Of a DNA stretch of 64,000 nucleotides, positions 12,401 to 25,766 are shown piece after piece. The translations under genes and the position numbers were made by a program. The DNA comes from Leptogorgia sarmentosa (Eukaryota), in NCBI GenBank assembly GCA_964658305.1, contig OZ210884.1, positions 5,518,001 through 5,582,000 of the forward strand. The letters run 5' to 3'. Numbering within the stretch: the first letter of the stretch is position 1; every line of letters begins with the position of its first letter. Under the pieces are notes generated by a model. The model had not been told where the DNA came from and made no database searches. It was given only the letters and a program-made list of their open reading frames with translations.

Positions 12401-14379
12401 CTTTATTTTACTGAAGCGACACGTATTTTATACAACATACAACCAGAAAGGTTCTCCTTAAACATTTCGATATAATTGAAATTCAAAGAACTATACAAAC
12501 AACTATTCTGCATGCATGCATGATATGCCGATTATACAAAGTGTTATTTCAAGCATCCAAAATTCCTAAACGAGCTGTGAACCCAGAGCGATTGTGAACA
12601 TATATCTCCAGTAATTTTGAAAAGTTTGACTTGAGAGTGGAAAAGTTTTCAAATGGAAACGCCAAAAACGGGCACAAAATATTTAGACCAAAATTTAAGA
12701 TACATTAATTGGCATAATTAATTCAAAGCTTAAATCATTTTATTTCATTGTCATTCCTATGAAGGACTCGAACTGTAAAAATCAAGTATACACTTGGACG
12801 CTTCAAAATATCCACAATCGAAACAACAAAATCAATTACAATCTGAGAGAGCAGACATACCAAGTTAGCTGCTAAGGTGTAAAGAAACTCACGCCTACAC
12901 AACGTCAAACTTCATTTACTACAGGACATTTGCTTTTCCGTTTCGTTCTGGATCAGGATCATGTTTGTTTTAATCCCAAAAAGTATTAAAACATTTGCTA
13001 TGGACAAATGTGTCATTGATTGGGGCAAAAACGGCAATGATTGAGATACGAAAAATTGTACACAATGGAATTCCATTCAAACGATCATATTTAATAGCTT
13101 ATGAATAAATTCACAGATAAGAATGCGCTTAATTTAGGAACCAACGTATTTCATTGATATATGTACCTCTAATCCTCTAATATGTTCAGAAATGGTTCTC
13201 AAATATCTAAATTGTATATTAAAACTTGACTATGGCACAATGATCATGGAAATTTATTCAAATGTTGAATGCCACCAATAGGCAATTCATTGACAGTATG
13301 TCACGACTTTTTCGTTTTGAAATGCATTTAATTTGTATTAAGACATTTGATTGGTTTTATTCAATCATTAGATACCGACAGATACTGATAGTTGAAGATA
13401 TTTAATTCAAATAAATGTCTTTTGAATCGAACAAAAATCTTCATCAATATTCGAATGTAAATGGTTTCTTTGATTGCGTGTCAATGAGTTCAATATAAAC
13501 TTGCAAATCATTAAATTGCTCATGAAAAACCCAAACATAACGTTACCGAAATAAATCCTCAGTATTTGTTTAAACACAAACTTTACACAGCAATTGACCA
13601 CGAAAGCGACTCTTTTATATCAACATAAAGAAAACAAAATTCACTGTTTTCTTGTCAAGTGCCGCTACTTAGACCAACACTACACTGATATTGCTTTTGC
13701 TTATAACCCTTGAATACCATGTACTATATATCTATAATAACCACTACATACACTTACGTTATTACTCTTGATAATTTACTGAATGACCAACGAGAAAGAT
13801 TTTCACAGCGACGTGACGAAGGCGCTTGAGTATTGGTATGCACTCAGATATCCACCTCAATGAGATGTTCAATAGTGATAAAACTCATGCTGTGTTTATA
13901 GTCATTCGCTATGCATGATTTCAAAAAACACATATTTTACATTGTGGGCAAAGAAAAGACGATTAAATTATGTCTCGTCATCTGAATTTACACTTTTGTC
14001 GATACAGCTTTCCTGGGCAAATAGAATCTAGTGGCAATATCAAATATTAAGTTATCAGTTAGTTATAATCCATGGCTCTAAGTTTGTTTGGATTTTTAAA
14101 ATAAAGGCAATTGGTCATGGGGCTTGCATGATGCTTAATTGCAGTGCATGCATTTTGTATAAATGATTGCTTGCCGCCTACATACTTCGAATATGCTGGA
14201 TCGATTGATTACGTTCAGCGGCGTATACATATATTAACCCTGAATGAAGTACTTGTTCTTGCACGGGCAGGGCAAAAATTTATTTTGGGATCACTCACAT
14301 TCTTTGGGATACTTAGTAACCGCACGTACCTTGTATGTTGTATTGCAAAATCTATTCATATAAAAGGTTTTTACCGGCA

Positions 14380-14560
14380 CTTTTGTCGAGCTTCGTTGTC
14401 TCAGAGATTCTGCTCCCGACTCGCCAGCAGCGATCCTGCAGGTTCGAATCTCGCGTGTTGTTTTTTTGTCATTTTGTTTGTTTTCTTTCAAGCGTTTTTC
14501 CTCAACATTTTGTTGTTAGGGTCAGAATTAGTGTTTGGGGCCTGGTTTAGAAAAAGTAAA
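14380..14560 (+). repeat. Degenerate tRNA-like/B-box-containing interspersed repeat
   Basis: GGTTCGAATCTCG B-box-like motif at ~14441 followed by a T-rich tract. No complete cloverleaf seen. Confidence 0.35.
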
Positions 14561-17509
14561 AAGAAAAAGAAAAGACAATATCTTCTGTTTACAGTCAGAA
14601 TTATAATATTCTCCATATAATATTCTCCACCCAGTACCTCCCGAGAAAAGTGAGCCTAAAAACAATTTCTGCACGCGCAGGCGACTGGGATTTACAAAAT
14701 CTCAGCACTTGTGAACTCAGTTATACGATAGTGGATTATTATCGGAGCGGTATCAAATTTTGCTATTTTGCTAAAATTTACGACAATACAAGTGAATAAA
14801 ACTAAAACTGCAAATATAAAACGTTTTAAGAGAAGGCAAGACTGGAAAGTGGATGTGACTCGGATGTGAATCCTGTGAATCCTGTGAATCCTGTATGCTT
14901 GCTCATAAAATGAAGATGTAAAATAAATGTGCTTATATTTTTGTTTTGATTTCTATTAATAAAATTCTTACAGCTTACACGAATAAGCATGTTTTTAAGG
15001 TTTTAAGGTGCATTATATCATTAATCAGGAGGAAGCACATCTTATACAGTAAACTTGGTAATAGAAGGGATGTTGGTCGCAACTGGTTGCGCCAAGGCTG
15101 CAGGGAGAAGCATGGAGGAGTATGTGAGTCCTTTAAGAGTATAGATTTTGAACAGCCAGACGTCTTATAATTGTGCTGAACAGAAATACATACTGCATAT
15201 AAAAAAGTTTCATTAATTATTTTGTGCAAAAAGAGATCACTTTTAGGTTTAAAATATATGATTATACTTTATTTAAGAAAAACCCGATAAATAAATTAAA
15301 AACCTAATTTATCTGATACAGTTAATAACTTCATATTTCATAAGAAATTCAATGTTCAATTAAAATATATTATCTGTAAACTAATGTAAAATCCATTTGG
15401 AAGTAATAGTGTGGAGGACTTATAATCTGGACTAGTTGATTCGTGCCGTTTCAATATCAATACCAATATCCTTTACATCATATTTTCTATTCTTATGTCT
15501 TCTCGTTCCTCTTCTCGGTAATCGACTGTGATATTTCTGACATTCTTCCCCCATTTCTCCTGTGGTAAGATCTATTTCTGTAACACGTTAATTATACATC
15601 CCTTTCTTCTCATTTTCGCGCGTGCGGCAGATCTGTTTTGGGCTCAGCTCTTTGTAAGACTCTGCGTTTGGGTGGCATACCTTATCTCGAAAAAGGCAGA
15701 TCTTTTAGGTTAATTCAATAATTATGTACTTGACTTTAATTCTTCACGTCACATGGCTAACTATTACACCCAACTAGCGTCGGGAGCCCACGCATGACAC
15801 GCATACCACGAAAACAAAGTTTCTTTCAATCTATTTCGGTAATATATCAAATTTTTTTCAATTTTTCTACCTTTTTTCTTACTTGGTAGTTCAAACGTAG
15901 AAAAATTCTTGAATAATCCAGATTTCTCTCGCGGACCAGATTCTAAGTATAAATTTTTGCAAATTTCAATCTATACCCGTCTTACCTGGCTAATTTAAAA
16001 GCTATTTTCTTACGTCATCGCGATCGATGAAAAGATAAGATTCAAACGATTTAAAATTTTTCAAATTTTTTGTATGCGACTTTTCTATATTTTTATTCCA
16101 TTTTAGCATGTTGGAAGAATATTCTTTCAGCGAAGACTATCCCCACCTCCTTTTTAGTTTAAAGGTTTCTTTGAAACTTTGCAGTGTTGTGATGAGGGGT
16201 GAAAATTCACATCAGTCATTCAGTCATGAAATCATTTATTAATAGTGATTGTGCATGTATACTCCCAGGGGCGGGTCCCAAATTCTCCCGATGTGCGAAA
16301 CTCCGTAGAGTTCCAATTGTAACGTTATACTATTGTTCATCATTGTTCGCGGTTATTCTTATCGATAAGCAAGTTACCTAGACAAATAAGATGCCTCAAG
16401 TTATAGTACACTCAAGTTACAGTATTTGAATTTTGATTTTGGCGAAAATATGAGCACAGAATATGGTGGACGCTAATGAGTGGGACTTGAATAAGTAATA
16501 TGGTCAAGTTTCAACAATGTTTGAATGTGTTAAAATGTCATTTGAATATCTGCGATGAATCTAGAAAACATGTAAAGGTTTGTCATGAACAAAATTAGGC
16601 ATACTATCAACCACGTAGCTATAGATTTGGGAATATTACTTTGTCGATTTTCCCACAAGCCAGAGCAATCGCAGCCTCGTAATTACTGAAGCCAAACATC
16701 CTTGTGTACGTAGCCGAGGACACTGATACACAACAAGCATTTATCTCTACGACTTTCGTTTCCAATTTTCCACAGCTCCACGTTGAAGAACGTGTTAAGA
16801 AGACCAGCACGAAGTGCAGCTTCTTCTGCTGTTTTCACCATGGCTTCTCCATCATTCTCGTTTAACGTGAACTCTGGAGTTACTCTGCGATGATATCCCA
16901 GCTCTCCGCTCAATTTGAAAATGGCTTATTAAATAGACTACTAGTAGCTTAGCCAATCAAAATGCAGAATTTCTGATGCTACTATTTCTTGGACTTTATT
17001 GGATTAGCCTACTACTTGGTTTATAGCCTACTGAAAACTATCCAACTCTCATGCATGCATGCGATATATTCACCGGCTGTACGGAGTGCATATAACATGT
17101 TTTCAAATTGGCGGCTTTTTCGAATAACTATCATGAACCGAATTGCAGGAGAATTTCTTTTTGGGTGCGATCTCACACAACGAAGGACAAAAACAACAAA
17201 TAATACGAGAACCTCACTAATTAAGAACCTTTAATTTTAATTAATTAATGCGTGTTTATATTTCACTAAAACTTGCTTTGTAAAGTATGATCTATGTAAA
17301 ATAAAAAAGCCAGTAGAAATGACGTTGTGAAATCTATAATTTCACAATACCAAGATACAATGGCAATCGTTAAAAGTACGTTAATAAGTGCGAGAGTACA
17401 TATTTTTAGTAAAAAAGTAATTATGATAAGTAAGGACTGTAGTTTATTAAGAAATTAATGAGATTATTATTGTGTGCTTGGAGTACACGTCCATAACTTT
17501 AGAACATAA

Positions 17510-20500
17510 TTAAACGACTTTTGAATCACGCGAGATAGTCATGATCATCATCACTGTCAGAATGATCACAACAAGCTAGAAAAGAGAAAATTGGGACGTG
17601 ATATTCGTCAATAGTTGAACAACATCCAGTAGTTTTCAAAATACCAAATGCGATAATCACTAACACAGTTAATAAAACTAATAAAAGATAGTGAGAGAAA
17701 GAAACAGCATATATAGATTCTTTTCTGCATGTGTACTACATATATTAACCTAATTTGCAATGTCGTAAAGAATTGCAAATACTGCATGGGGATGTTCATC
17801 AAGCAGATTTTTTTGTTCATCAAGTATTTTGTTTTTGTGAAGTTACTCCGGGTATATGTCCATACGGCGCGGGCTGAAAAAATTGGAGGGACTTGAGCTC
17901 GTAGCTCAGTTGGTAGAGCATCGGGACAAACCAAAGGTCGCGGGTTCGTTTCCACCGAGGCCAGGCAAATTTTTCAGTCTGCGTGGCAGGGGTGACATAG
18001 AGTAACGTCACAAAAACATTCTGCATCTGAGTAAATCACAGCAACATATGAACAGTCATATATATAATATATAAGTATTTTGTTGAATACCTTTGAAAAC
18101 CTGACGGACAAAAACTTTAAATTACGTTTATTTCAAAAAATCAAACTAATTTTTAGGATAATCTAGGCCAACAAGGCTCGGAAATCGATTTGTTTTGACT
18201 TAAAACTAATCCTTTCCTAAGTACCTTCGTTCATTGGAACAATCTTTTTACAAAAATTAAGCACAAGAATTTATTTTCTCCAGATTATAAATGTATTTCA
18301 TTTCTCGCAACGCGCCGGTCAGACAATTTGAGTGCTCGATCATCTTCATAGCTAACTACAGTCAAACTGCATTCTTGAATCATTGTGAGAAATGGATTTA
18401 ACCATTAAAAATGAAATACTTGCAAGTGTTTAATTTAAAGTTTAAATGATTGCAATACTAATACAAATTGCAATACTTATTAGCACCAATAAGCGATCTT
18501 CAACCAAATAAATAAACTCGTTGAACTGATTTGATTTACAAGAAAACTTTCACTTTGTGTCTGTATATTGTACGCATGACGACATATTTTTTTATCGAAA
18601 GACCCATGGTATGACTGTATGTCCATGCATGCTTACCTGAAAGATCAAAAAGAAGAGCGCTGTCAAACCAATAGTTAGAAGATGTTCCTTGACGAATTCT
18701 TTGAACTCCTCAAAACAACCCTATTAATAAAAAAATACAACATTTTTCAGTTTTCATGATGGAATTTGTGATTATCTATCTGACAGCATGGTTGGTCTAT
18801 ACATTTAATACAAGAGTCCCCTCCCCCCTCCCCCCTCCCCCCTCCCCGCCATATTTGACATTCACGCCCGTGCCTTTTTAGGTAGATGAATATTGGTAAT
18901 GTTTGGTTACATACATCTAGGTAAATTTCATTCCTCTCAACATCATCAAACAAGTCGTTGAACTTTCCACAATCCTTTTTTTCCTCTTTACAGCAGCTGT
19001 CCGGGACGAGGTTATGCGCGCCACTTGGGTTGAATTCTGTGATGGATTTTCGCCAGTCTGTGTAATTAGTAACACCGCAGCATTCAAACTAAAAAAATAT
19101 TTTATCTCAAAATACTTCGTTTTGCACAACAGTGGTCGATATATTTTGTGTTTGATAATGATTCTGTCCCCAAACGTCTCTAACAAATATAACAATAACA
19201 TGAACCTAATGCCTAACAGTAACCCCTTTTATCCCAAATTATTGCCTTAGTCACTGAAACATAATAAAATGGATAACATAATTATGGTTAACTCAATATT
19301 TTCCGATTTAATATAAACTGCACGGAAACTTGAATGTATAGATTAAAAAGCGTTGGTGTCTCTACTTCTCTAATTTATGCCTTCACAGCTTATACCAGTT
19401 CAATGGTCATCCAATGGTTGAGGGTGAAACAATTTTATAGTTCGGTCAATGTGGTTTAGTATCGACAGAAATAGTTAATACCAGAAGTGTAATAGTGTGT
19501 AGTAATACCAGAAACCGGTTCCATATTTTTATGTATTTTGATACAATTGAACGAGTGGATTGGTAACTAATGTGCTGAGAGCGTGCTTCCCCACCCGACA
19601 CTCGTGACTTGTTTACTCGTTCACATCCGTCAAAAAGAAAAAAATCGCACTAAAAATTGAAGCGAATTTGCTAGTTTGTACCGGGCCTATAAGTTCCTCG
19701 GTCAGAAATCGACTAGCTACACCCATTAAGGACCTTCTACCAGGTGATCTCGATACACGATAAAGGACTGGGACTAGCTGTCGGATAGAAATCCATTTTT
19801 CGATTGAGACAACCGAATATCTCCCGTAATATACTTTATTTCGATTTCATATTTTTGTCAGAGCTATAGTTCTCATAAACAAACATAGTTACAAAATTTC
19901 AACTAGTTTCATAAAGAATAACGAAAGATATCGTTGCGTGAATATAGCAAAGTGGATTTCTATTCGGACAACCCTTTCTGGGCGCTGATTGGCTGAAACA
20001 CGAACACGAGATCACCTGGTAGTTACATAAGTGTCTCTGGAAACTCATACTTGACATTAGGATATTGCGAGATAATGATTACCTTTTGTTGTGCCCAGTC
20101 CCACGCTTTTTTTACTCCTTCAAGATCTGTCCCATATTCCTCAATCGACTTCTTCATATCGTCTTTAAGCTCATCCTCAACCTTGAGTGAAAATAAATGA
20201 GTCTCGCCATAATAAGTTGGAGGAAAGATTTAACAGATTCTTCTACAAATGAACATATCAATGTTTTTCTTCAGCCAAGTTATGATTCAATTGAACCTTT
20301 CCTTGCATTTTGAGGAGTTTTCTGCATTTACAGTCCTAAAAGTCGCCTTTTTCATATATTTTATTCATAGCAACTTGAAAAGATTTTAAATTATCAATGC
20401 TTTATAGAGTAAGTCTAAAATTCAAGATGGCATTGCTTTCGATGAAAAAAATGCTAATATTTCATAATGATTAAAACATCTTTATGCTACGTTATACCTT

Positions 20501-21903
20501 TTGTCGATAGACCATCCCAAAGACAACAGCGACCAGTTGAATGACAACAATGAGCAACAAAACAGACAAGAACTACAAAATAATTACACTGATGTATAAC
20601 ACTCACATTGCAGATATGGCGCAAATAATGCTGTAAATGGCCTACAAGAGTATCTTTTTTTCCCGAATTTAACAAATTTTCACTTAAAATCAATGTGGAA
20701 GGAAGAGATTGACCGACTGGAATTATCGATTTGAAGAAATGTCATTTTGGAAATTGTTCGAAAAATTAAAAAGCTGCATGAGAGGCAACAAGAAGTCAAC
20801 AATGATGCGGAAAAATGCTATTTGGGCTTAGAATACGTTTACTGCACGCTGCGATTTGTCAGGTACGATTCGTATTCAGGCGTATGAAAATACTGCTGAC
20901 GTCGTCATTCGTCATCGTTAAGATTATATATTAAACATGATAATTTGAAATTAGCTATTACATAATTCCGACTACATACGAATGCGAATCTTGCCCGCAA
21001 ATTGCAGCTGTAAACATACTTTTAGGCTCTCCATGCATGCAGATGTTTTCAGATATTATTTAATTGCCTTATTTCTTCATAGACAGTCCACTATTAACCT
21101 CGTAATGACGTTAAATCACACTTACTATCCACATTAAAATGGCGTTTCGTTTCACTGCTCCAAGAATGCCAACAAGAGATATCAATGCAGTTATAACACC
21201 AGCCGCAATGAGCAATGCAGCTCCAGTGAGTCCTGTGTCTGAATCAGCAAGTGCTACATAATCTCCCTTTTCTACCTGCACCCAGATTCCTAAACCTAGG
21301 ATAGCTAATCCAGCGACCTAAAACGAAAAATTTGTAGCTAACAATTTGACTTTCGTCTTCAACAGATGCTTCTTTCCTTTAAATATTGAAATGAGAGTAA
21401 CTCATCACATTCATGTGATAATCTAGTAATGAAATTAAGATGATCTTGATTTATTTAATTTACAGTCGCACAAAGGATACTAGATTTAGCGAGTTTTCTC
21501 CCAATGTATACATGCATGTGCTCAAATTTTCAGTCGGAAAATCGGCGGGGCAGGTTGTCTGTTATACACCGGATAGTGTTTTTTACATTTCCTAAAACAA
21601 CCACTTGATCGGTCTGATCCAGATTATGTTCTGATATTTTTGAGTTGACCGTTGATATTTAGAAAACAAGCCTGACTAGCCTCGAGTTGGTACTTTTTGC
21701 ATATTTCCAGATATATCATTTCACATGCATTGATTGCTTTAAATTTTAAACTTTGACAGTTTTTCTGGAATATCAGTTTCCTTAGAAAAAAATTGAGTAG
21801 CTAGTTTTCGAATCGGTGATTGCAAAAATATAAAACTAAAACTTACGAGGAAAAGAACGTTGACAAAAATAAGAGAAACCCGAACACAGTTTCCACTGCC
21901 CAT
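17510..21903 (-). CDS. Tetraspanin C, complete, ~248 aa, 6-Cys large loop
   Basis: Phase-0 GT-AG exons 21903-21847 (MGSGNCVRVSLIFVNVLFL), 21317-21126, 20572-20498, 20181-20083 (...KAWDWAQQK), 19088-18915 (FECCGV...VPDSCC...DCG), 18720-18637 (GCFEEFK...IFQ), 17575-17510 (...RDSKVV*). Confidence 0.94.
17832..18017 (+). mobile_element. tRNA-derived element flanked by imperfect inverted repeats
   Basis: A-box TAGCTCAGTTGGTAGAGC (~17902) and B-box-like GGTTCGTTTCC (~17943). Left flank tttttgtgaagttactc...gctgaaaaaattg pairs with right flank caaatttttcagt...gagtaacgtcacaaaaa. A related arm fragment lies at ~47482-47537. Confidence 0.7.
19737..20022. mobile_element. MITE-like element with CTACCAGGTGATCTCG TIRs in a tetraspanin C intron
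   Basis: 16-bp perfect inverted ends, plus an inner inverted pair ggatagaaatcca / tggatttctattc. Confidence 0.65.
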
Positions 21904-24900
21904 TCTAGAAAAAACAAAATAAATTTTTTGTACGTGACAACATTGAAAAAATGCAAAAATACGTTTGCCGTCTTTTATGCAAAAGGCGTTTGCCGTCCGC
22001 GCTGCGTGACAATGGTGACAACGATTGCCGTAACGCAAGCTGGTAGTAATTGTCACGCAGCGCAACAAAATGTCAATATGCGTAAGGTCTGTTGCCATAT
22101 AACTATACATATACAAATTTGTAGGTAAAAAAATACTCCCGACCTGATTCCAAAGAAAATGAGTTTATGTAATAATATAGCTGGTGCAAAAATAGCACCG
22201 TGTTAAAAGAGTTCTTTCATTGATACTAATGCATGATGGGATAGATACTGTTTCAATTAACATATATTATAGAAACTCTTCGTGGAATGCATGGGTGATT
22301 TGAAACAATATAATTACAGTGAAAAAATAAGAGTGTATCAAATAATAAATAGAACGTTATTCTAGTAGAAAAATTTCAGAATTTTCTACCATATCTCAGT
22401 CTTTCTGTGCAAACGTCGGCCTACGACTACGGGCTCTGCTTGTACAACGCACCTCGGTCAAATATTTCTCTGTACGACCACGGTTAGTAAGAAGTTAATA
22501 CTGATTACTGATATTATATTTAAAAACGAGTAAAATGAGCCCAAGTTTTTGATGTTTGAGTTGGGTATCAATTAATTGGTATACATTTGGCATAAATGCA
22601 AACTCATGTCCGCGAAATCTAAAATCCGATGAAAATGGTTTTTCTGTTGTGAACAGAGAAGTAAAGTGGATGTATTAATGCACTGTCATTAAATAATTTA
22701 AATTTGTTTTTTTTCCAAGTTATGTTTGGCATGCGTAATTCATGAACTTCACTTTTCAAAACCATGTAGTGCAAACTAATGATACTGCTAGTCTTTCCAT
22801 GTAACTGTCAAAAATTTGGAGTTTGTTAAAAAGCAGAAAAGTAAAATACCACCTGGAGATGAACACAAAAGCCTAAATAGTATAAAAATATGTATAAATA
22901 TAGACGTGCGTGGTTATAGACATGGCATCTTAATATCCCAAGTGCATTCGTATATCTACTGTGCAGCTGCTTAATTTTTTATTGCTTGCAATATCTCCCA
23001 ATGGAAGATATAGTTTCCACAACATTTTGAAACGAGTGAGAAAATATCCGTAAGTACAGCTTGGATTAAAAATTGCTCGTTTTAGCAATTGCCATTTGCC
23101 AACGACAAGTCAATAATTCACATCATTATTAGATTTATATGGAAACCACATCAGTCAATATCATATTCAGTTGGTCTGAAAACATACGTTGCAAAACCAA
23201 AACATTTCTCACATAAAAAGACATGCACGAGTTAATATCTTAATTATAAAGCCAAATGTAGCTTTTATCATAAAATGTTTTTCAAAAATTGCCTTCACTC
23301 GTAGTAATTTTAGCAATGCTGATGCTGAATGACGCGGTCACTCGAACTCACATATTTTAATTTGTATTATACTAAAGTTATATGTTGTATGAAGATTAAA
23401 AAGAGACAATAAACGTTTTGTTGAGGTAAAAGCAATTCAATTTATCTTTAAAATATCGATAACATTTCTAACGAGAGGTCGCTCTATCGACTAGATAACG
23501 TTTAACGATGTGTGTTGTCATGCACTCAGTAATATTTGAATCTTTGAGTGAAAGATGGCTTGATCGTTTGCCGGACATTGTAAATTGTACATCGATCAGG
23601 AAGACTTATTGAAATTGGTACATTTCCAAATCTTACCTTTCTTCCTCTTGACGTTATTTAGTTCCCTGTCAATGTTATCTGTTCAAGGAGCGGGGTGTTA
23701 ACACACGGCGGTCAAGTTATTTTCGTATTCAAATTGTCTTACAAATGCCACGCATAATCTTTGTTTACAGTCATTGTCAAAAAATATGTATGCAAATTTG
23801 GTGACTAATACAAGCATGATCATAATATTGCTTGTAGACTTTGTAGCCTTGTATCGATTCATATTTTCGTTCCAGTTTTTTGGTGTAATATGATATTTGA
23901 ATTTTGACCATTTTTGTCAAAGCAGTGAAAATAGTTTGTGTGATTGCGAAAATTGGGTTTGTTTTTGACAGAATTTTACTTGTATTTTCCAAATTTCATG
24001 ACAATAATTATGTCTTCGGATTCTCGTGTCCAGAGGGGTCATACATATACAATTTTGAGCAATTTCAGCTGCATGCATGTGCTTGTGAATTTTTGTACGA
24101 AGGAAAACGGTATTTTCTGCTTATTCTGTATAGCAATTTACGAATATATGTGTATAACTCTATTATCAAAATTTCGCGGTGGATACATGAAACTAGTCTG
24201 TATATATGCCTTCTCTATGGAATTAGGAGTATATGTAGTTGGTATTTTATGTCTTAGTTGTGAACTATGCTGTTTTAGCAGAATCATACACTATATGACC
24301 ATCTCGTAGAAATTGAGAGCGAATAATCTATAGCTGTTAGCTAGATAGATAAAACTGTGCTGTTATAATGATTCAGTCATGCAACTTAGATTTTTAATGC
24401 AACTTGCCATTTTATATTGAGTAGGAAAGAACTGCGTCTCATCTTAGCCAATAGTTTAATTGAAGGCCTGGTCTACGGAGTACATAGATTTAAGAAGGGT
24501 GTGACATTGATCGCGCCTTCTAGAATGGGCTAGTGTGCTAGGAATGGTTGAAAATGTGGGGGAGGAGAATTGAGAAAGGCTCTTTTAATTTCGAGCACTC
24601 TGTTCGCGTGGGCGGCTCTGCAAGTCACGCATTCAGGTGAAAGAAGCACAATAAAGACATTCAGCAATCATAGATCTTCTGAAAGCTTTTTCAAAAGTAA
24701 GGCTATATATATTGGAATTTTAAGTTGGAGAGCTGTGCACATGGAGTGAATATTCAGAGCAGCTCAGCCTCAATGTTGTACAAACTTTAATTTCTAGATC
24801 TATACACATTTGGCCTTCGAACGATGACTTAAAGTGCAGTGTTTTCGTGGCCAGGGATTGTTCAGTCTTCATTAAAGTTACTAACCGGAGTGTTGCTTTT

Positions 24901-25766
24901 TTTAACCACTTCCGTCAGTTTTTGCTCCTTAAGAAGCCCATACTCAAGAAGTCAAGATGCATGGAATTGCTAGAAATCTTTTTAATAATAATAATAAAAT
25001 TTACAACATCGTATTTAATATTTATTATTTACGTATATATATGTTGGATCGATTAAAACGAAAATTGTTAATCGAAACCAATCTACTATTTACACTATAT
25101 AGCTTTTATTAACAATTACAAATTATGAATATTTTTAAATATTAAATAAAAACAGTGGAAGGATTTAACATACATCACCGGCAATACAGGATGATTACAA
25201 CCAAAATTTGCCAAGTGAAGAAAGTCAACTATTTACCATTGATAATTCGTCATGATTAATAGAATTGTATTTTGCACAAATTAAATGTAGAGTGATAAAT
25301 GTCTTGTTATACGAACTAGATTCTCCTGTTCCATGTTAACTTCAAATATTTACGATCATTGCACTTATATTGGCCAAATCAGCCAAGTCAAAAGTTTATA
25401 TAACTTTATAATTTGTGCAATTGAACTTAAAATAAGTTGACTTAAAAATTCTTTTTAGTCACAAGTAAATAACTTTAAGACAACAAATTATACACGAGTA
25501 ATTAATTTTAACACATAAAAAATAATACACAAGTACAAAAGTGCATCTTGTATCAGTTGTATGCTAGTAGGCATCAGTAAGTTGTTGCAGTTTGTTGGTT
25601 TTTGTGAATAAAGCACGTCGAGAAACATGCTGTTTGCATTCGCAATAACAAGATTTAACATTTTTACATACACAGTAACTGGCATTTGAAAATGAATTAC
25701 CAGTATGCTTGAAATCACTGGACTTTGGCTGCATGGATGAAAATACAAAAACAGTCTGATTTATAA

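Noticed and set aside
14144..14620. 158-aa ORF
   Set aside because: Non-ATG start, low-complexity T-rich composition, overlap with a repeat-like segment and no recognisable domain.
17895..17962. Functional tRNA gene
   Set aside because: The anticodon arm is degenerate and the T-loop is altered (GTTCGTTTCC). It is embedded in a repeat.
23777..24309. Overlapping 71-121 aa ORFs
   Set aside because: Non-ATG starts, no motif and no supporting splice structure.
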